64,000 nt of DNA from a phage. The notes under the pieces are model-generated. The model was not told the origin of the DNA. It did no database searches and saw only the letters and a program-made list of their open reading frames with translations. Each line of letters opens with the position of its first letter. Positions within the stretch are counted from its first letter, which is position 1. The translations under genes and the position numbers were made by a program. Of the stretch, positions 37,832 to 46,937 are shown piece by piece. The stretch lies in sequence record PZ386957.1. The stretch is one strand, 5' to 3'.

Positions 37832-37854
37832 AGCCACCCTTTCGGATGGCTTTT
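37832..37854 (-). terminator. rho-independent terminator after the 715-aa gene
   Basis: AGCCATCCGAAAGGGTGGCT hairpin followed by a U-tract on the minus strand. Confidence 0.6.
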
Positions 37855-37863
37855 GATTACATT

Positions 37864-40011
37864 TTATTCTCGTCCATTTGTATAGTAGTGTTTGAATCGC
37901 CCATAGCCAGTTTCAATAGACATATCTTTCTGTCGGACAATCGCCCAATAGCCATTGCATGAATCTTGCAAATACAGATCCTTACCTTTTAGGAACTCGT
38001 TAAAGATCGTAATCTGCCAATCATAATAGACGGCATCAGCGAGACTATCCATCCAACCATGTGGATCATCCATCAGTTCGACAAGCTCATCGATAACCCA
38101 ATATGGACACGGGCTAAATTTACCTTTACTAAAATCATTGAACAAGGTAACAAGTTTAACTTCCGGTCGCGGTTCATCCGGCTGCACAGGTCGTTTATTA
38201 ACCACAACCTGTACATATTTCGTATACCCGATGATTTCGCCGGAGTCAAGAGTATCGTTATTGTTCTTATCTGCATAAGCCACAAAACGATAAACACCGG
38301 AATCATTTATTGTTGCATTAGCTTTACGGTAAATCGGCACGCGAGAATCAGCAATAGGTAATTTAACACCAGCTTTGCTAAACTCATAGGTAGGTACATA
38401 ATCAGCCGGAGGCTTCAACATGGTAGCCTCAAGAACAAGCGGTTCACCTTCCGTAATCTGTACCGGATGCGGACCATCAAATTCCATATTAGGCACTACC
38501 TCAACATGGTAGGTAGCGCGTGCTGCAATATCGTAATCGGTATGCGCACTATATGGATCTTTACTCGGACTATCGCGGTATTCATGCGACCAGATACCGT
38601 TATGGTCTCGGTCTGCGGAATCAGTGATCTTATACTCTTTCGCTTCAATAGGCAAATCTGCGACTTTAACATCATTTTTCAGAATTACTAATGAACGCGT
38701 TTGAGTCGGATCACCGCTTGCTGGCGGTTCTGGATCGACGATCTTAATTACAATCGGTTCACCAATCTCAATATTACGATAATCATATTCTTTATCGTAA
38801 ATGTCAAGCATACGGCGGTCATAGAACAAAGGACGTCCGGTCGGTGTTCTCTGCGGATCATCATCACGCGCGGGAGCCACCAACAGTTGAAGTGCTACGC
38901 TATCGTCATATTGCAATTCATTAAGCGTAATGCGGTCATATCCCGGATCACCGTATTTCTTGCTTTGGAGTTGCTTACCGCCTAGCATCCACGTAAAGTA
39001 AACATTATTTGCAAGCATACCATAATGGCGGTTCCATGAGTTATCCGCTGGTAATACTGGCATATCAAAGTTTACTTCCGATCCAGAAGGATAACGAAAT
39101 TCGATTGCTGCAAAGTCATTACGGAAAAATTCGTTTTCCTTAACTTTGACAGTAAATCGGTGTCGCTGCCCTTCAATGAATGATTCACCAGCACCAGGTC
39201 CATTAACCACTTTATAGGAGCGAACGCAAGCTACATATTCACCTGCATCATTTTCGGTAGCATGTTTGGTTGCATAGAGTGTTTTGTTGGTAGACTCATA
39301 AACAAGAGTACCGTCGCCACGCTCTAAGCGATACCTTACAATGGTATGCTCTGCGTCATTAGGCGCATCATCTTCTACCGTGAAATAAGCTGGTGCATAT
39401 TTCTGGACATTGAATACTGCGGGATTTTCCTTAATATCGGCAACAAACGGATAAACAAATTTAACGTCGCCGTGTTCGTCGCTCAATTCCATTCGGTAAT
39501 TACCGGAAAATTCAGGCCATGCAAATTTTGCAATTTTAAATTCACGATGGTCTAATCCCAGATCACCATCAATGGAATCAACGAGGCCATTATTATAATA
39601 CAGGTCAACCGAAATATTAGCCGGAATATTACTACGGAAAACAATTTTTGCTTTAATTTCATCACCAATATCAAAAGACGTTGGAGGATGAACATATTCG
39701 ACAAAGACATTATCGAATAAACTAAAGGTAAAGTTTTCCGTGCCGATATCTACGGATTCGCCAGAAAAATTTTCATCATCTTGCGCATAACCACGAAGGT
39801 TAACAGACCATCCGGTTTTATCCTCTTCTTTCACTGAATCCAATACATAGGAAGGAGTTGCAGTAGTCGCAATGACCTTATTGTCTTTCTTCCACGTAAA
39901 ACCCTTTTTAGGTTTAGTTGGTTCAGGGGATTCCCCAGCAAGGGAACAAGCGAAAGTATGAGGAAGCCAAATGGTAGTATTAACGCTAGTATCTTTATTT
40001 TCTACTGGCAT
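37864..40011 (-). CDS. large protein of unknown function with Ig-like-looking repeats
   Basis: 715 aa; repeated D.G.Y.C/F-type motifs (ENDAGEYVACVRS, INDSGVYRFVAYA) suggestive of Ig-like beta-sandwich domains; no signal peptide or catalytic motif recognised. Confidence 0.65.
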   Translation of the reverse strand: MPVENKDTSVNTTIWLPHTFACSLAGESPEPTKPKKGFTWKKDNKVIATTATPSYVLDSVKEEDKTGWSVNLRGYAQDDENFSGESVDIGTENFTFSLFDNVFVEYVHPPTSFDIGDEIKAKIVFRSNIPANISVDLYYNNGLVDSIDGDLGLDHREFKIAKFAWPEFSGNYRMELSDEHGDVKFVYPFVADIKENPAVFNVQKYAPAYFTVEDDAPNDAEHTIVRYRLERGDGTLVYESTNKTLYATKHATENDAGEYVACVRSYKVVNGPGAGESFIEGQRHRFTVKVKENEFFRNDFAAIEFRYPSGSEVNFDMPVLPADNSWNRHYGMLANNVYFTWMLGGKQLQSKKYGDPGYDRITLNELQYDDSVALQLLVAPARDDDPQRTPTGRPLFYDRRMLDIYDKEYDYRNIEIGEPIVIKIVDPEPPASGDPTQTRSLVILKNDVKVADLPIEAKEYKITDSADRDHNGIWSHEYRDSPSKDPYSAHTDYDIAARATYHVEVVPNMEFDGPHPVQITEGEPLVLEATMLKPPADYVPTYEFSKAGVKLPIADSRVPIYRKANATINDSGVYRFVAYADKNNNDTLDSGEIIGYTKYVQVVVNKRPVQPDEPRPEVKLVTLFNDFSKGKFSPCPYWVIDELVELMDDPHGWMDSLADAVYYDWQITIFNEFLKGKDLYLQDSCNGYWAIVRQKDMSIETGYGRFKHYYTNGRE

Positions 40012-40032
40012 ATTATCCCCTTATTGCTGACA

Positions 40033-40431
40033 CTAAGCCAGCTTAGTGAGTTTATAGATGGTTTTAAAGCATAGAACTTTAATATCGTCTAAAACGCTCT
40101 GTAGAGAGCTATCAACATCATTATAAATCTCACTTGCCATTTGCGCTAATTCCTGCAAATAGGCAACTTCGCTAATCTCCTTTCGGACGACCAACGTCGG
40201 TTGATATCTTCCGGTAATACCGATATTAGTTTCCGTGAAAGTATCAACCAATTCTTGCATTTCAAGATAGAACTCTTCTAGCGCCTTATGTTTTGCGTAA
40301 GACCCCGGACCAGTTACCCCAAAATGCGCAGAATGCATATAAGTAACGCTCATTAGGCATTCACCAATAAAGCGGTCCACATTATTAGCCTTTCCTTCAT
40401 CGGAAGTTTTTCTAAATTCGCTGAATTTCAA
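40033..40431 (-). CDS. hypothetical protein
   Basis: 132 aa ORF. Confidence 0.5.
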   Translation of the reverse strand: MKFSEFRKTSDEGKANNVDRFIGECLMSVTYMHSAHFGVTGPGSYAKHKALEEFYLEMQELVDTFTETNIGITGRYQPTLVVRKEISEVAYLQELAQMASEIYNDVDSSLQSVLDDIKVLCFKTIYKLTKLA

Positions 40432-40721
40432 TTTCGTCGATTCTCCACATTATAAGCAACTACAAATTGCTTCGCAGCATATTCGCCCATCATAAAACAT
40501 TGTCTTGCATCCATACACCTACTACGTGCATATGTTTTCATTAAATGCTCATGAAATTTTTGGCTAGTTTCAACGGATGGTTGGATCTTGCTTATATAGA
40601 CAATCATCGCACCATCAAAATAATCGGTAAAATCACCGACTGGATTATTTTGGTCGGCACTTACACTACCGACTGCCATTAGACAAAATGCTGCGGTTAA
40701 AGTTTTACGAATAAATGACAT
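40428..40721 (-). CDS. small secreted/periplasmic protein
   Basis: 97 aa; N-terminal signal-peptide-like sequence MSFIRKTLTAAFCLMAVGSVSA; TATAAATA-like element upstream. Confidence 0.5.
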   Translation of the reverse strand: MSFIRKTLTAAFCLMAVGSVSADQNNPVGDFTDYFDGAMIVYISKIQPSVETSQKFHEHLMKTYARSRCMDARQCFMMGEYAAKQFVVAYNVENRRN

Positions 40722-40783
40722 AAGTCATTCCCCCAGATTAAAAAAGTTCAAGTATATTTATAATCTAGGGTATATTTTAACCC

Positions 40784-41380
40784 TTATTGGGTAGTACCAT
40801 CAGTAAAATGTTTACGACAAACAGAAACATATTTATCCTCGGCACCGACTTCTATTTGAGCACCATCACGGATAACGTTTCCATCTTTATCAACACGAAG
40901 GACCATTGTCGCTTTCTTGCCACAATGACAGATACCCTTCATTTCGACCAGTTTATCAGCCAATGCCATTAATGCCGCAGATCCTTCAAATAAATTTCCC
41001 TGAAAGTCGGTGCGAAGTCCATAGCACAAAACAGGGATATTGGCATCATCAACCAGTGCACATAAGCCTAAAACATGTTCTTTAGTCATAAATTGGGCTT
41101 CATCCACAAATACAGCATCAGGACGCCAGCGTTCCGGTCTACGCTTACCTAGTGATTCACGGTACACAAGGTCGAAAAGATCATCAGATTTAGTGAATGT
41201 GATCGCTGGAGCACTTAGACCAATCCGTGAAACAACTTCACTTTCTGAATCTCGATTATCAATCGCTGGTTTAAGAATTAATACTCGCATATCACGTTCT
41301 GTATAGTTATAAGCACTTTGTAACAGGGAAGTAGACTTACCAGCGTTCATAGATGCATAGTAGAAATATAGTTGCGCCAT
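40784..41380 (-). CDS. tk: thymidine kinase
   Basis: 198 aa; P-loop AQLYFYYASMNAGKST, FVDEAQF, C-terminal zinc-binding Cys pairs. Confidence 0.92.
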   Translation of the reverse strand: MAQLYFYYASMNAGKSTSLLQSAYNYTERDMRVLILKPAIDNRDSESEVVSRIGLSAPAITFTKSDDLFDLVYRESLGKRRPERWRPDAVFVDEAQFMTKEHVLGLCALVDDANIPVLCYGLRTDFQGNLFEGSAALMALADKLVEMKGICHCGKKATMVLRVDKDGNVIRDGAQIEVGAEDKYVSVCRKHFTDGTTQ

Positions 41381-41673
41381 TAATTAATCTCCAAAAATCC
41401 AGCAAGACCTAAACCGATATAAGTCCAGATACCAATGAAAAAGATGTTAATACTCATGGCAAGGATAAACCCTTTTAGCGTTTTAGGATACCCAACCCAA
41501 TATTCCCGACCATCTTCTAACCGGATCAGTTTATTGCCTTGCGAGTCCATATCAACTACAACATGTTTATTTCGAGATTGCAATAGATATTGGTTTACAA
41601 TCTCTACACCAGCCATAATACAAATAACGAAAAGAAAAGTCCACACAACAAGATTAATGATAGTCTCAAGCAT
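41380..41673 (-). CDS. small membrane protein
   Basis: 97 aa; two hydrophobic helices. Confidence 0.45.
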   Translation of the reverse strand: MLETIINLVVWTFLFVICIMAGVEIVNQYLLQSRNKHVVVDMDSQGNKLIRLEDGREYWVGYPKTLKGFILAMSINIFFIGIWTYIGLGLAGFLEIN

Positions 41674-41920
41674 TTTCTATCACCTCAACCCAATCCGGTA
41701 GTTCTTGAAAGACTCCATCGCCTTCATGATGTTTACAGCCTTTATTGGTGCAATACATCCACCAATCCCACATTCCCCACGGTAAACGCTGCATATCGTC
41801 GTTGCAGCAAGTGAAGATAATAGGCCAACCACATCTAACACATCGGCAGTTTTCCTTCATGTGAGCGCTATTAGGCTTCATATTCCACCACCACAATATT
41901 GATATCCGGCGTAAAATCAT
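41666..41920 (-). CDS. Cys/Trp-rich small protein, start uncertain
   Basis: 84 aa ORF; CRCVRCGW and CTNKGCKHH motifs. Confidence 0.4.
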   Translation of the reverse strand: MILRRISILWWWNMKPNSAHMKENCRCVRCGWPIIFTCCNDDMQRLPWGMWDWWMYCTNKGCKHHEGDGVFQELPDWVEVIENA

Positions 41921-42326
41921 TAATGATTTCTTCTACGCATTCCCATTCTAGGCCGCCAATCCCACAACCAATTTTAGGAATATAGAACGGCTTAACAGTA
42001 CCTTCAAATGCGAAGTTAAGTTGTTCGAATCCACGGATGATAGCGGAATATTCAGCATTTGGTCCTGGACGGAATTGCGTATAAAGATTAATACCCATCC
42101 AGTTATAACCATTAACGGTATGATGCCAAACATTAAACTCGCCTAGCTTACTAGCCGTTCCTCTCGGTGTCTTTTTGTCAGTAGCCAATGCTTGTGGGAA
42201 CTCTTTTGCGATCTTTGCAGCAATACCAGCGCCCATAGTATGAAAACAATTACAACCATGAATCAAATGACCGTTTCCTTGTTTAAACAGGGCGATGAGA
42301 TCGCCCTTTACAGTATCAATAATCAT
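41871..42326 (-). CDS. macro-domain-like protein (possible ADP-ribose binding/hydrolase)
   Basis: 151 aa; HGCNCFHTMGAGIAAKI motif recalled as typical of phage macro-like domains; assignment from memory only. Confidence 0.5.
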   Translation of the reverse strand: MIIDTVKGDLIALFKQGNGHLIHGCNCFHTMGAGIAAKIAKEFPQALATDKKTPRGTASKLGEFNVWHHTVNGYNWMGINLYTQFRPGPNAEYSAIIRGFEQLNFAFEGTVKPFYIPKIGCGIGGLEWECVEEIINDFTPDINIVVVEYEA

Positions 42327-42341
42327 AATATAAACCTCTCA

Positions 42342-42701
42342 TTAGTCACGGGAAGACAACCCAGCCATAAAACGGCTTAAAAGCGTGTCACGATAAGCAA
42401 AGCATAATTGCTTATCAGGGGCAGTATCACACAGGTTGCGTTTTGTTTTAGCAAAGCTGGCAATACTCAGATCCCATGCTCGATTTTTTCGTTTTTCGTC
42501 TCGGCCTTGTTTGTAGGCTTCGTCGAGTTCAAGTGCGATAAAATCGCTACACATGTTATCATCATCACAGAAGGTTTTAATGATCTTTTTGTTGATCTCA
42601 AATCCTTTGTATTCGAATTTTGGATAAGGTCGCTCATTACTAGCAAGCGCACCAGCAGAGAACATCATAGCAATCATAGCAATTATTGTCAACTTTTTCA
42701 T
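42342..42701 (-). CDS. secreted/periplasmic protein
   Basis: 119 aa; signal peptide MKKLTIIAMIAMMFSAGALASN. Confidence 0.5.
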   Translation of the reverse strand: MKKLTIIAMIAMMFSAGALASNERPYPKFEYKGFEINKKIIKTFCDDDNMCSDFIALELDEAYKQGRDEKRKNRAWDLSIASFAKTKRNLCDTAPDKQLCFAYRDTLLSRFMAGLSSRD

Positions 42702-42708
42702 ATATTCC

Positions 42709-43299
42709 TCAATAGCGTTTAGTTTTAAGGATGCCTTTACTCTTTAAATGGTTAGCCTTTTTTAGTACATCATCAGCATAACCCAATCCGGCTTTATAGT
42801 TCCATCCAGCATTGTAAGAAGCTAGCGCGAGTCGGATATTACCGTTTCGAACATCCAGCCAGTATGCTAACTCATCCATCGCGTAGAATGCAGAAACCTC
42901 GCGATTCATGATAAAGTTAATTGTCTGGCGATCACTCATTTTAACACCGCGCTTTGCATTTTTCGCTTTCACCGTTTTAAGGTAATTTTGAAATAATCCA
43001 TAAGCATGATGATTTTTCTTTGGTGCTAAGTTTGCACCCGCGCTTGATTCTTGCCATGCGATACCCGCCAGGATGTGACCTAAACCCTTTCCGTTATAGC
43101 GAATATTCGGATGGTCATTTTTCAACTTACCGCTTTTCTCGAATTGTTCGCCGTATTGATAGGCGAAATGTAAATTATCTAGTTGGTGTGCTGTAAAGTT
43201 GTCTATCGGCGCTTTTTTGATCGGTGCGCTAGTCGATGCGTGTGCAGCACCAACGGCTAGTGACAGACTCAATACTATCGCTTTTAGAACTTTTAACAT
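42709..43299 (-). CDS. secreted lytic transglycosylase-like protein (SLT domain)
   Basis: 196 aa; signal peptide; SLT-like catalytic AWQESS and GLFQ, AYN motifs. Confidence 0.7.
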   Translation of the reverse strand: MLKVLKAIVLSLSLAVGAAHASTSAPIKKAPIDNFTAHQLDNLHFAYQYGEQFEKSGKLKNDHPNIRYNGKGLGHILAGIAWQESSAGANLAPKKNHHAYGLFQNYLKTVKAKNAKRGVKMSDRQTINFIMNREVSAFYAMDELAYWLDVRNGNIRLALASYNAGWNYKAGLGYADDVLKKANHLKSKGILKTKRY

Positions 43300-43384
43300 T
43301 AATTTCTCCTGTTTGGCTTAACTTTCTGATTCCATAATATAGCCCTATCACCAGAAAGTCAAGCATTAATTTAACCAATTTCCA

Positions 43385-43807
43385 TTATTGGTCCACTTTC
43401 AAAACAACCGCCGACATTTTACCAGCCAGTCGTTTTGGATTCTCTATAATCATTCGGCAGCATAGACCGTGATACGGTTTACCCTCTTCGATTAGATCTA
43501 CTGTCATCCCGATCCACATGTTATTGTCAGTGATTTCTAATCGATTAGGTCGGTCTTCCATTTTCAGGAAGTCGAAGATCTCTGGCAAACGAGTTTCAAT
43601 CTTATTGAATAGTTCCATCGTTTTATGTTCATCAATATGACGATCTGTTAGTCGATCAATCATGTGTGGACTAAAACGAATGAAAATATATTCACCGTAA
43701 CCATCATTCAAGCATTTTTCTTTAATCTGCGCGTTAGTCTTACGCATTTCGGTTTCGAAGAATCTGCGCAGCTTGCTACGGCGAACGTGTACGTTAATTG
43801 TTTCCAT
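43385..43807 (-). CDS. regB: RegB site-specific endoribonuclease
   Basis: ORF track 43385..43849; start refined to ATG 43807 (METINVHVRRSKLRR vs T4 MTINTEVFIRRNKLRR); conserved RLEITD and CRM.I.N.RL.GK. Confidence 0.85.
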   Translation of the reverse strand: METINVHVRRSKLRRFFETEMRKTNAQIKEKCLNDGYGEYIFIRFSPHMIDRLTDRHIDEHKTMELFNKIETRLPEIFDFLKMEDRPNRLEITDNNMWIGMTVDLIEEGKPYHGLCCRMIIENPKRLAGKMSAVVLKVDQ

Positions 43808-43808
43808 T

Positions 43809-44120
43809 TTATTCTCCTTTCTTAAACAAATTGTGAAGCCAGTATACAAACGGGATTTCTTTAAACTTGAACTTACCCATATTGAGCATATTCACGCCGA
43901 CACTTAAATCCCATAATTCTTTTGGGGTGATAATATGCCATTGATGGTCATGAAGATAAACACAACCGTGGCCTTTTGCAATAATAACATCAACCCAAAT
44001 GCCTTGTTTTGTTCTAACTTTTGCGGTAATGCCATCCCCATTATCAATGGCAGCATAAGGTTTAAACGCTTCGAAATATCGGCTTCCGTCGTAATTTGTA
44101 TAAATCAAAATTTCTTTCAT
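43809..44120 (-). CDS. hypothetical protein
   Basis: 103 aa; GGGAGA RBS; promoter at 44148-44177. Confidence 0.5.
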   Translation of the reverse strand: MKEILIYTNYDGSRYFEAFKPYAAIDNGDGITAKVRTKQGIWVDVIIAKGHGCVYLHDHQWHIITPKELWDLSVGVNMLNMGKFKFKEIPFVYWLHNLFKKGE

Positions 44121-44147
44121 TTGGTTCTCCCTTGTTTCGATGGGGGT

Positions 44148-44177
44148 ATATTACTACCCCCCGTTTCATGTTGTCAA
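44148..44177 (-). promoter_or_regulatory. sigma70-type early promoter
   Basis: Minus strand TTGACA-17/18-TAATAT inside inverted repeat GGGGGTA..TACCCCC. Confidence 0.5.
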
Positions 44178-44438
44178 CTACTTTTTCAAGAATTTTTTAA
44201 TTGCGTTCCAAAGACCTTTATTCTCAGGTTGTTTTGGTTCTTCGATCAGTGTCCATGTTCGACCGTCTAAGTGTGCACAATTTTTAAGGCAAATAAAAAT
44301 CTGGTGTCCCTTATCATCACGGATATAACCACTATTCGCAAATCTTTCATGTGGTGTATATTCATACAGTGTATTTGGTGTAATATACTTGCGGTTACTA
44401 TAAGGTGTCATCACATACATCATGGTATTAACTCCCAT
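44178..44438 (-). CDS. hypothetical small protein
   Basis: 86 aa ORF. Confidence 0.45.
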   Translation of the reverse strand: MGVNTMMYVMTPYSNRKYITPNTLYEYTPHERFANSGYIRDDKGHQIFICLKNCAHLDGRTWTLIEEPKQPENKGLWNAIKKFLKK

Positions 44439-44614
44439 TTATCACCGCGAAGATGAGAACATCCACCATCAAGAAGTATCGTAATACGATAACCTATATC
44501 ATCTTTGATGTAACCGATTGTCGGTGGATTTTCGTCGTCTCGTGTCGGGGTAAAATCATACATCTTTCCGGGCGTAATATCTTGTCCTTTATTGCTATTG
44601 GTATAAACTTGCAT
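44420..44614 (-). CDS. hypothetical small protein
   Basis: 64 aa ORF. Confidence 0.4.
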   Translation of the reverse strand: MQVYTNSNKGQDITPGKMYDFTPTRDDENPPTIGYIKDDIGYRITILLDGGCSHLRGDKWELIP

Positions 44615-44635
44615 TTTCTTAATCTCCTATATTAA

Positions 44636-45334
44636 CTAACCACGTGTATAGTGTTCCAGAACAACGGTCAGATGAATATCTTCTAATAAATCTTTCCAAA
44701 AGTCAACATATGGTTCTTCCGGCATACCGTTTTTCTTTGCCTCTTCACGCGCGAGTTTAACACGCTCGTAGAGATCTTTCAATTCTTCCCGCACATCATC
44801 AAAGGTTCTTTCGCCCATCTTACATGCTAAGATAGAATCACGTTGAGATAGCGGGAATTGTAGATCACCTGTCTGATAGATTTCAAGTAGCTGATAACCA
44901 ACACGCAGAGCATGAGAAAGATCTTTCCAGTTACTGAAATACTTTTCAGATTTGGCTACCTGTTTCTTGAGATAACCAGACAAACCCCACATCCCAACAT
45001 GATAGAATTTATCGCGATGTGTTCGGATGTATTCCCATTCTCTGGAGGATTCAATCAACATGTTACTAGGCGCGTGCACCATGTCAATAGCGCCAATATC
45101 ACCTTTACATGCCAGATTGATAAACCGTTTTAGACTGAACATATTAACGTCAATATCGTCTTTGGTGTTCTTGATACCTTGACCGCTAGTGCTTTGGTCA
45201 TAGTGTTCTTTCATCGATCCTAAGATAATTTCTTTAGCAGTCGGAACAAAGATACCACGATAATCTTTATCGGAATTTTCAGTATTAAGGCCGTATAAGT
45301 GAGATCCGAAGACCATTTTAACCATTGTATGCAT
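44636..45334 (-). CDS. Pol-beta-superfamily nucleotidyltransferase-like protein
   Basis: 232 aa; N-terminal GS-x10-DKD (GSHLYGLNTENSDKDYRG) plus downstream acidic DIDVNM, matching the minimal nucleotidyltransferase signature. Confidence 0.6.
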   Translation of the reverse strand: MHTMVKMVFGSHLYGLNTENSDKDYRGIFVPTAKEIILGSMKEHYDQSTSGQGIKNTKDDIDVNMFSLKRFINLACKGDIGAIDMVHAPSNMLIESSREWEYIRTHRDKFYHVGMWGLSGYLKKQVAKSEKYFSNWKDLSHALRVGYQLLEIYQTGDLQFPLSQRDSILACKMGERTFDDVREELKDLYERVKLAREEAKKNGMPEEPYVDFWKDLLEDIHLTVVLEHYTRG

Positions 45335-45387
45335 AATTAAACCCTCAGTTGATTAAGAGATTGCATCATATCATCATAAAAAGAAAA

Positions 45388-45410
45388 AGCCAACCCTTTC
45401 GGATTGGCTT
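45388..45410 (-). terminator. rho-independent terminator after the GrcA-like gene
   Basis: GCCAATCCGAAAGGGTTGGC hairpin followed by a U-tract on the minus strand. Confidence 0.55.
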
Positions 45411-45415
45411 AGAGT

Positions 45416-45832
45416 TTACATTGATTCCGTAAAGGTTCGAGTAATAATATCTAATTGTTGCTCACGAGTTAAGCTATTGAAGCGGCAAGCATAGCCCGAA
45501 ATTCGTACAGTTAGCGACGGGTATTTTTCAGGATTTTCCAGCGCATCCAGAAGAAGATCGCGATTCATTACGTTGACATTGATATGTTGAGCACCGCGAT
45601 TAGTTCCGATCTCACCGTCAACCATCACCGAACGGAAGCTAGTTGTGTGCAGTGCCAGCGAATCTACGTCTTCGGCAGTGATCACATGGTCTTCTGCGAA
45701 AGTCTTACTAACAATTACTTTAGCACCGATCAGTGCTTTCGGTTCTGATACCAGAATCATAGGCGCGAAGTGTCCACCAATAACAGTACCTTTATGCTCA
45801 CCTTTCATGATTTGAATTGCTTTAAATTCCAT
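45416..45832 (-). CDS. grcA: autonomous glycyl radical cofactor (GrcA/YfiD-like)
   Basis: 138 aa; C-terminus QHINVNVMNRDLLLDALENPEKYPSLTVRISGYACRFNSLTREQQLDIITRTFTES nearly identical in pattern to recalled E. coli YfiD glycyl-radical domain. Confidence 0.85.
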   Translation of the reverse strand: MEFKAIQIMKGEHKGTVIGGHFAPMILVSEPKALIGAKVIVSKTFAEDHVITAEDVDSLALHTTSFRSVMVDGEIGTNRGAQHINVNVMNRDLLLDALENPEKYPSLTVRISGYACRFNSLTREQQLDIITRTFTESM

Positions 45833-45967
45833 AATTCACCTCTTATAGATCAGGACGTTCGTCATTAATTTTACCAACCAAAACCCCATAGAGTTTATCA
45901 GGTTGGACTTTACGATTCTTTTTAATTGTAGCACGAAATCGACGAGCTACGCTATCTTTATTTTTCA

Positions 45968-46459
45968 TCAGTTGATACCTAAGCCAATGAAAATAGGTTG
46001 GTCTTCTACATTACCCATCCCAACACTAAGTCGATTTACTTCTAAAAACTGCAATACGCTGTCAGTAAATCCGCGCATGGTAGTATCTAGGATAAAAATT
46101 GTTTTGTCAAGCCGACGACCTCGCCATGTAATCGGATTCAGGAAAGTTCGGATAGACGTGCAATCTATATTTGAAATGTTGATATTTTCACCACGACCGC
46201 GATCTCGGATCGTTTTGGCATGTTCCCGCGTCGTTGAAACGATAAAGACACTATAGCCTTTTCGCGTATAATGGTCATATAACTTGATTGTAGCGTCTGT
46301 ATGCCCTGTTTGACGTCCTAAATTGATTGAGACGATGGAATCTAGGTCATCAGCAAAATTGCGCTTCTTACGGCGTTCTATGATGCCATTTACGGAAGAA
46401 ACACACATAGCATAAATCAAATCTTTACTTTCTAATTCTAAATCAATGTCAATATTCAT
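45968..46459 (-). CDS. hypothetical protein
   Basis: 163 aa ORF. Confidence 0.5.
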   Translation of the reverse strand: MNIDIDLELESKDLIYAMCVSSVNGIIERRKKRNFADDLDSIVSINLGRQTGHTDATIKLYDHYTRKGYSVFIVSTTREHAKTIRDRGRGENINISNIDCTSIRTFLNPITWRGRRLDKTIFILDTTMRGFTDSVLQFLEVNRLSVGMGNVEDQPIFIGLGIN

Positions 46460-46519
46460 AATAAGTCTCCAGTAAACGGGGAGAGATCCTTAGATTGTCT
46501 CCCCATTGATGGTTAATAA

Positions 46520-46909
46520 TTATTTTGGATCTGGGTAAGCAGAACTCAGCAATTCAAAATGCACACCGTCTTTGAATGCCAAAAAATCCCCGCCCCATTT
46601 AATCGGAATATTCAATTCCTTACTAGCTTGTTTAAATGCATCAGCGATCATTCGGTAATATTTCATGTTCCATGTATCCTTATCTTTCGGATACGCTACA
46701 ACATCAACCGCGAAGCCATGAAGATGGCGAGATTTCATAGTCTTAGACTTACCTTCCGCAAAATATTTCTTCTGCGTTTCCAGACTGCGCACACCTTCCG
46801 TAATGCCAAAATCTACAGGAGTTAATTCAAGTGCGCGAGTCGCCACCTTAACCAGATCTGGATGCACACCAACAAGTCGGTCTTTACTTCTTTGAGATAA
46901 TTTAAACAT
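46520..46909 (-). CDS. peptidase M15-family cell-wall hydrolase (T5-type L-Ala-D-Glu endopeptidase, candidate endolysin)
   Basis: 129 aa; zinc-ligand motifs SRHLHGFAVD and GVHFEL; resembles recalled phage T5 endolysin. Confidence 0.78.
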   Translation of the reverse strand: MFKLSQRSKDRLVGVHPDLVKVATRALELTPVDFGITEGVRSLETQKKYFAEGKSKTMKSRHLHGFAVDVVAYPKDKDTWNMKYYRMIADAFKQASKELNIPIKWGGDFLAFKDGVHFELLSSAYPDPK

Positions 46910-46937
46910 TATTCACCCCCTTTGTGAGTGATAATAT

